Source: an uncultured bacterium (lineage in GTDB: Bacteria > Bacteroidota > Rhodothermia > Rhodothermales > DASSAV01). From it: DNA of 64,000 nt. The stretch covers positions 76,047-140,046 of the forward strand of contig CBINFS010000003.1 in NCBI GenBank assembly GCA_966250015.1. The letters are read 5' to 3'. Positions 60,296 through 64,000 of this stretch are shown piece by piece. Position 1 is the first letter of the stretch, and each line of letters opens with the position of its first letter. The notes under the pieces were generated by a model. That model was not told the origin of the DNA. It searched no databases and saw only the letters and a list, made by a program, of their open reading frames with translations. The position numbers and the translations under genes are program-made.

Positions 60296-61666
60296 ATGCT
60301 GTTATTTCGTCGCATAGTATCCGTACTGTTTTGTTCTCTGAGCCCCCTTCTTTTCCTGGCCCCGTCAGCACCTGTACTGGCACAGTCAGGTAAGGTGGTT
60401 GACGAGATCGTCGCCATTGCGGGCGATCAGATCATCCTCCGCTCCGACGTTGACGGGTACGTCATGGGGATCATGCAGCAGCGTCAGATGCCGTATTCCG
60501 AGCAGCTCTGGAATGAAGCCCTGAACCAGCTCATCAACCAGAAAGTGCTCGCAATACACGCAAAAAAAGACACTACCATCGAGGTGTCGGACGATCAGGT
60601 CGAGCAAGCGCTGAATCAACGGATCGAACAGCTGACGGCACAGGTCGGGAGTGCGTCTCAGCTCGAGGACATCTACGGTAAAAGCATATTGCAGATCAAA
60701 AATGACCTCCGCGAAGAGTATCGTGACCAGATGATGGCGGAGATCTTTCAGAGCAGGAAGCTGCAACAGATCAAAATCACCCCGAGCGAAGTCCAGGAGT
60801 GGTTTTCCAGAATACCGGTTGATTCTCTACCCACCCTGCCCGAAATCGTACGGATCGCTCACATCGTTCGGTATCCGGGCGTTACCGATGCCGCTCGCGA
60901 GGAAGCGAACGAAATCATTTCGGCCATTCGGGATTCAATCGTGATCGGGGGGTCGTCCTTCGAAGACATGGCGCGCCAGTTTTCGGACGACATCGCCTCT
61001 GCTCGAAATGGAGGCCGCGACTCCGGGCGGAGGTTGAGCGAGCTCGTGCCCGAGTTTGCTGCCGTCGCTGCGAGGATACCGATCGGCGAGATTTCCCAGA
61101 TATTCGAGACTCAATTTGGTCTTCACATTCTGAGAGTGAATGACCGGCGCGGCGAGGTGATCGATTACAATCACATTCTGATCCGGTTCGACGAATCGAA
61201 GTTTGATCCAACGGTCGCGATCGAGTACCTCAAGGCGGTGCGCGATTCCCTGGTAAACATGAATGCTCCGTTCGAGCTCATGGCCAGAAGACACTCTCAA
61301 GAAACGAGTACGGCAAATCGAGGAGGTAGAGTCGTCGATCCGCGTACGGGGATTCGAGACCTGCCACTTGACGCACTCGGACCAACGTGGAGAGCCACGA
61401 TCAACGCCCTTGAAGTGAACGAAATAAGTGAACCTGCCGAGGTGGAGCTTCTCGATGGGCGCCGGGCATACCACATCCTGAAACTTCAGAAACGAGAGCC
61501 GTCTCACCGGGTTGACATTCACACGGATTACGAACGTATCGAGCAGATTGCGTTGCAGGAAAAACAGGCCATCGTCTTTGAAGAGTGGCTAGCTCAGCTC
61601 AGAAAAGACGTATACATCGAGATCCGAGGAAAGGCGCAAGATTTTTCCGAAGTGCTGAAGCAATAG
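60296..61666 (+). CDS. surA: Periplasmic chaperone SurA (two parvulin domains)
   Basis: Signal peptide. VDEIVAIAGDQIILRSDVD (SurA_N), then two PPIase domains (VRIAHIV..FGLHILRV and YNHILI..AYHILKL). Confidence 0.88.
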   Translation: MLLFRRIVSVLFCSLSPLLFLAPSAPVLAQSGKVVDEIVAIAGDQIILRSDVDGYVMGIMQQRQMPYSEQLWNEALNQLINQKVLAIHAKKDTTIEVSDDQVEQALNQRIEQLTAQVGSASQLEDIYGKSILQIKNDLREEYRDQMMAEIFQSRKLQQIKITPSEVQEWFSRIPVDSLPTLPEIVRIAHIVRYPGVTDAAREEANEIISAIRDSIVIGGSSFEDMARQFSDDIASARNGGRDSGRRLSELVPEFAAVAARIPIGEISQIFETQFGLHILRVNDRRGEVIDYNHILIRFDESKFDPTVAIEYLKAVRDSLVNMNAPFELMARRHSQETSTANRGGRVVDPRTGIRDLPLDALGPTWRATINALEVNEISEPAEVELLDGRRAYHILKLQKREPSHRVDIHTDYERIEQIALQEKQAIVFEEWLAQLRKDVYIEIRGKAQDFSEVLKQ

Positions 61667-61717
61667 CAGGTTGTTTGCGCTCAGTTTACCCGTCAATTTT
61701 TTTTGGTAGCTCGACCC

Positions 61718-62749
61718 ATGCCCGATCCGGCGATCAGCCCGACATCCGACCCGGCCACATTAGGCTCACTTCAAGAATCTTACCGTCAGCTTCTCGATCA
61801 GATCGGTAAAGTGATCATTGGCCAGGAAGAGGCGATCGATCAGATCATGATCAGTCTGCTTTCCAACGGGCACGTCCTGCTCGTTGGCGTGCCTGGTCTG
61901 GCAAAAACAATGCTGATCCGCACACTCGCACAGTCACTTGATCTACGGTTCAACCGGATCCAGTTTACGCCCGACCTCATGCCGAGCGACATCACCGGCA
62001 CCGAAATAATCGAGGAAGACGTTCAGACGGGCAGGCGGACGTTCCGATTTGCCCGGGGGCCGGTTTTTGCAAACGTGGTGCTGGCTGACGAAATCAACCG
62101 TACGCCGCCTAAAACCCAGGCGGCCCTGCTGGAGGCCATGCAGGAGCATCACGTCACCGCTGCCGGCGAGACGTTCGTGCTCGAGGAGCCGTTTTTCGTC
62201 CTCGCCACGCAGAATCCCATCGAACAGGAAGGCACATACCCTCTCCCGGAAGCCCAGCTCGATCGGTTCATGTTCAACCTGTGGCTGGACTATCCGACTT
62301 TCGATCAGGAGGTCGAGGTGGTACGTTCTACGACTAGCGCACGCCGGGTCGTTATCGAACCCGTCATGTCGGCAGAACAGCTCCTCCGGTTCCAGGAGTT
62401 CGTCAGGCAAATCCCCGTTGCGGACAACGTGATCGAGTACGCGGTGCGGCTAGTGGCCAGAACCCGTCCGAACCGCGACGGATCGCCCGATTTCATCAAC
62501 AACTATCTCAGCTACGGCGCGGGACCAAGGGCATCTCAATACCTCATCCTGGGGGCGAAAGCACGCGCCGCCCTCCAGGGGCGCATCACGCCGCTCATCG
62601 AAGACGTTCGGGCGCTTGCCATACCCGTACTCAGGCACCGAATCGTGACGAACTTCAACGCGGACGCCGACGGCGTGACGCCCGTCGACGTCGTTAACCG
62701 GCTTCTGGAAGAAAGTGAAGGCAGCTACCGAAGGGCAGGCCGGGTTTAG
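61718..62749 (+). CDS. moxR: MoxR-family AAA+ ATPase
   Basis: GHVLLVGVPGLAKT Walker A, VVLADEINRTPPKTQAALLEAMQE, FFVLATQNPIEQEGTYPLPEAQLDRF. Confidence 0.95.
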   Translation: MPDPAISPTSDPATLGSLQESYRQLLDQIGKVIIGQEEAIDQIMISLLSNGHVLLVGVPGLAKTMLIRTLAQSLDLRFNRIQFTPDLMPSDITGTEIIEEDVQTGRRTFRFARGPVFANVVLADEINRTPPKTQAALLEAMQEHHVTAAGETFVLEEPFFVLATQNPIEQEGTYPLPEAQLDRFMFNLWLDYPTFDQEVEVVRSTTSARRVVIEPVMSAEQLLRFQEFVRQIPVADNVIEYAVRLVARTRPNRDGSPDFINNYLSYGAGPRASQYLILGAKARAALQGRITPLIEDVRALAIPVLRHRIVTNFNADADGVTPVDVVNRLLEESEGSYRRAGRV

Positions 62750-62808
62750 GAGCCTTTCATATGGTTAGCCGTATTCTCCTTCTGTGAAGTACCCACGTCG
62801 GCGCCGTC

Positions 62809-63327
62809 ATGTTTGCACGACTCTTTCTCCTCATCCTCGTGGTACCCATCGTTGAGCTGACGCTGCTCGTCCAGATCGGGGGTGTGATTGGTTTCTGGCC
62901 TACTGTTGCACTGGTCGTGCTCACCGCACTGGCAGGCAGCTTCTTCATCAGGCACGAAGGCTTTTCAACGTGGAAACGGTTAAACCAAAAGCTCGCCACG
63001 GGAAGTCTGCCAGGAGACGAACTGCTCGACGGCGTTATCATCCTGGTGGCGGGCATTTTGCTGCTTACTCCCGGTTTCCTGACAGACGTCGTCGGTGTTG
63101 CGGGACTCTTTCCCCCAACACGGACGTGGATACGGAAGAAGGCGCTCCAGAAGCTCCGACCGATCATGGTGGGTGGAATGCACGATGTCAGCGGGGGAGT
63201 CTTCGGAGCGTCGCCTTTCGAAGCCACGAATCCATCCGAAAAGCCACCGGGGACGAGTGAGTGGGGAGGCACTCCTCGCTCCAGGCCGGCCTACGCGGAA
63301 CAACCGCCGGACGACAAAGAGGGATGA
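62809..63327 (+). CDS. fxsA: FxsA-family membrane protein
   Basis: IVELTLLVQIGGVIG.., LLLTPGFLTDVVG. Typical FxsA topology with a charged C-terminal tail. Confidence 0.85.
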   Translation: MFARLFLLILVVPIVELTLLVQIGGVIGFWPTVALVVLTALAGSFFIRHEGFSTWKRLNQKLATGSLPGDELLDGVIILVAGILLLTPGFLTDVVGVAGLFPPTRTWIRKKALQKLRPIMVGGMHDVSGGVFGASPFEATNPSEKPPGTSEWGGTPRSRPAYAEQPPDDKEG

Positions 63328-63334
63328 CGAACCG

Positions 63335-64000
63335 TCATGCCTCTGCTGAGCCGTCCAGGCGCACGGAAAGCTGCCAGGCTTTCGAAAGGTTCGTGATCAT
63401 CTCCTTTTCGAGTTGGCTCAGCTCCCCGTCTGATCGGGCGATGTAGACGAGATCGTCGAGCAGGGCAAGCCGCTGCATCACCGGCAGAGAATCACGAATT
63501 GCCCGCACCGAACTGGAAAGCGCCTCGTTGTCGGGCTGGGTTTTGTAGAACTGGAGCGTATCACTCATCACCGACCTGATTTCCGCTTCATTCAGATCGG
63601 GCTGCCACTCACCCAGGCGTTCGATTATCGCGTTGATCTCATCACGGCTCAGGTCGTTATCCGTGCTATGGGCGACGATGATGTAGATGAGGCTTATGTC
63701 GTGCATGAGCGTCCAGGAAGACGACGTCTCGTGTGACGAGGTGCTCTGATCGAGCAGCCTGTCGCCCACGTCTTTTACTCCCCACTTCTCCGCAAGCATC
63801 GATACGATGCTACGCTCGCTCGACATCAATACCCCATCGGCCTCCGCAACCGACATGATCTGTTCGAGCGCGCGTTCTCGCTCTTCGGGAGAAAGGGTTT
63901 TACCAAGAGATTGAATCGATCGGACAACCTCGTCCTCTGCCGTCTTTTCGAGAAAAACTGCCGCCGACTCGATTACGATTTCCTGAACCTGCTCACGCGA
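63335..64000 (-). CDS. TerB-like (tellurite-resistance TerB fold) tandem-domain protein; 5' end beyond window
   Basis: The frame stays open past the first listed Met (63856) to the window edge. Two TerB-like units are visible (..IMSVAEADGVLMSSERSIVSMLAEKWG.. and ..YIARSDGELSQLEKEMITNLSKAW..). Confidence 0.6.
   Translation of the reverse strand, partial: SREQVQEIVIESAAVFLEKTAEDEVVRSIQSLGKTLSPEERERALEQIMSVAEADGVLMSSERSIVSMLAEKWGVKDVGDRLLDQSTSSHETSSSWTLMHDISLIYIIVAHSTDNDLSRDEINAIIERLGEWQPDLNEAEIRSVMSDTLQFYKTQPDNEALSSSVRAIRDSLPVMQRLALLDDLVYIARSDGELSQLEKEMITNLSKAWQLSVRLDGSAEA

Overview
The window is a gene-dense, moderately high-GC bacterial chromosomal segment, about 90% coding. Gene content and protein styles suggest the FCB group (Rhodothermota/Bacteroidota-like), but this placement is low-confidence. 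It is dominated by core housekeeping genes: cinA-recA, purM, plsY, gpsA, an adjacent ParC/ParE-like type IIA topoisomerase pair, purC, miaA, guaB, rluB, scpAB, and the classic rimP-nusA-infB-rbfA-truB-ribF-rpsO-pnp array. It also carries nadB, prfB, cmk-rpsA, glnS-gltX, an ECF sigma/anti-sigma pair, three SurA/PpiD-type chaperones, moxR and fxsA. I found no rRNA, tRNA, CRISPR array or IS element. The least ordinary stretch is about 16.6-19.0 kb. It holds a perfect 10-6-10 dif-like palindrome directly upstream of a Xer-type tyrosine recombinase, at a convergent gene-orientation switch. Abutting it is a lower-GC gene for a bacterial eRF1-like (baeRF-type) protein that keeps a GGQ-like HGHGQS motif. 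Other points: the ORF track misses the prfB +1 programmed frameshift. Tandem terminator hairpins lie in the rimP-nusA-infB leader, and a terminator hairpin abuts the glnS start. GlnRS carries a GatB/YqeY-type C-terminal domain. PNPase has an RGG-like tail and S1 is unusually long. Two enzyme homologues look degenerate (ThiD-like, phytoene-synthase-like). All calls rest on reading the sequence and recognising motifs; no searches or computations were run.
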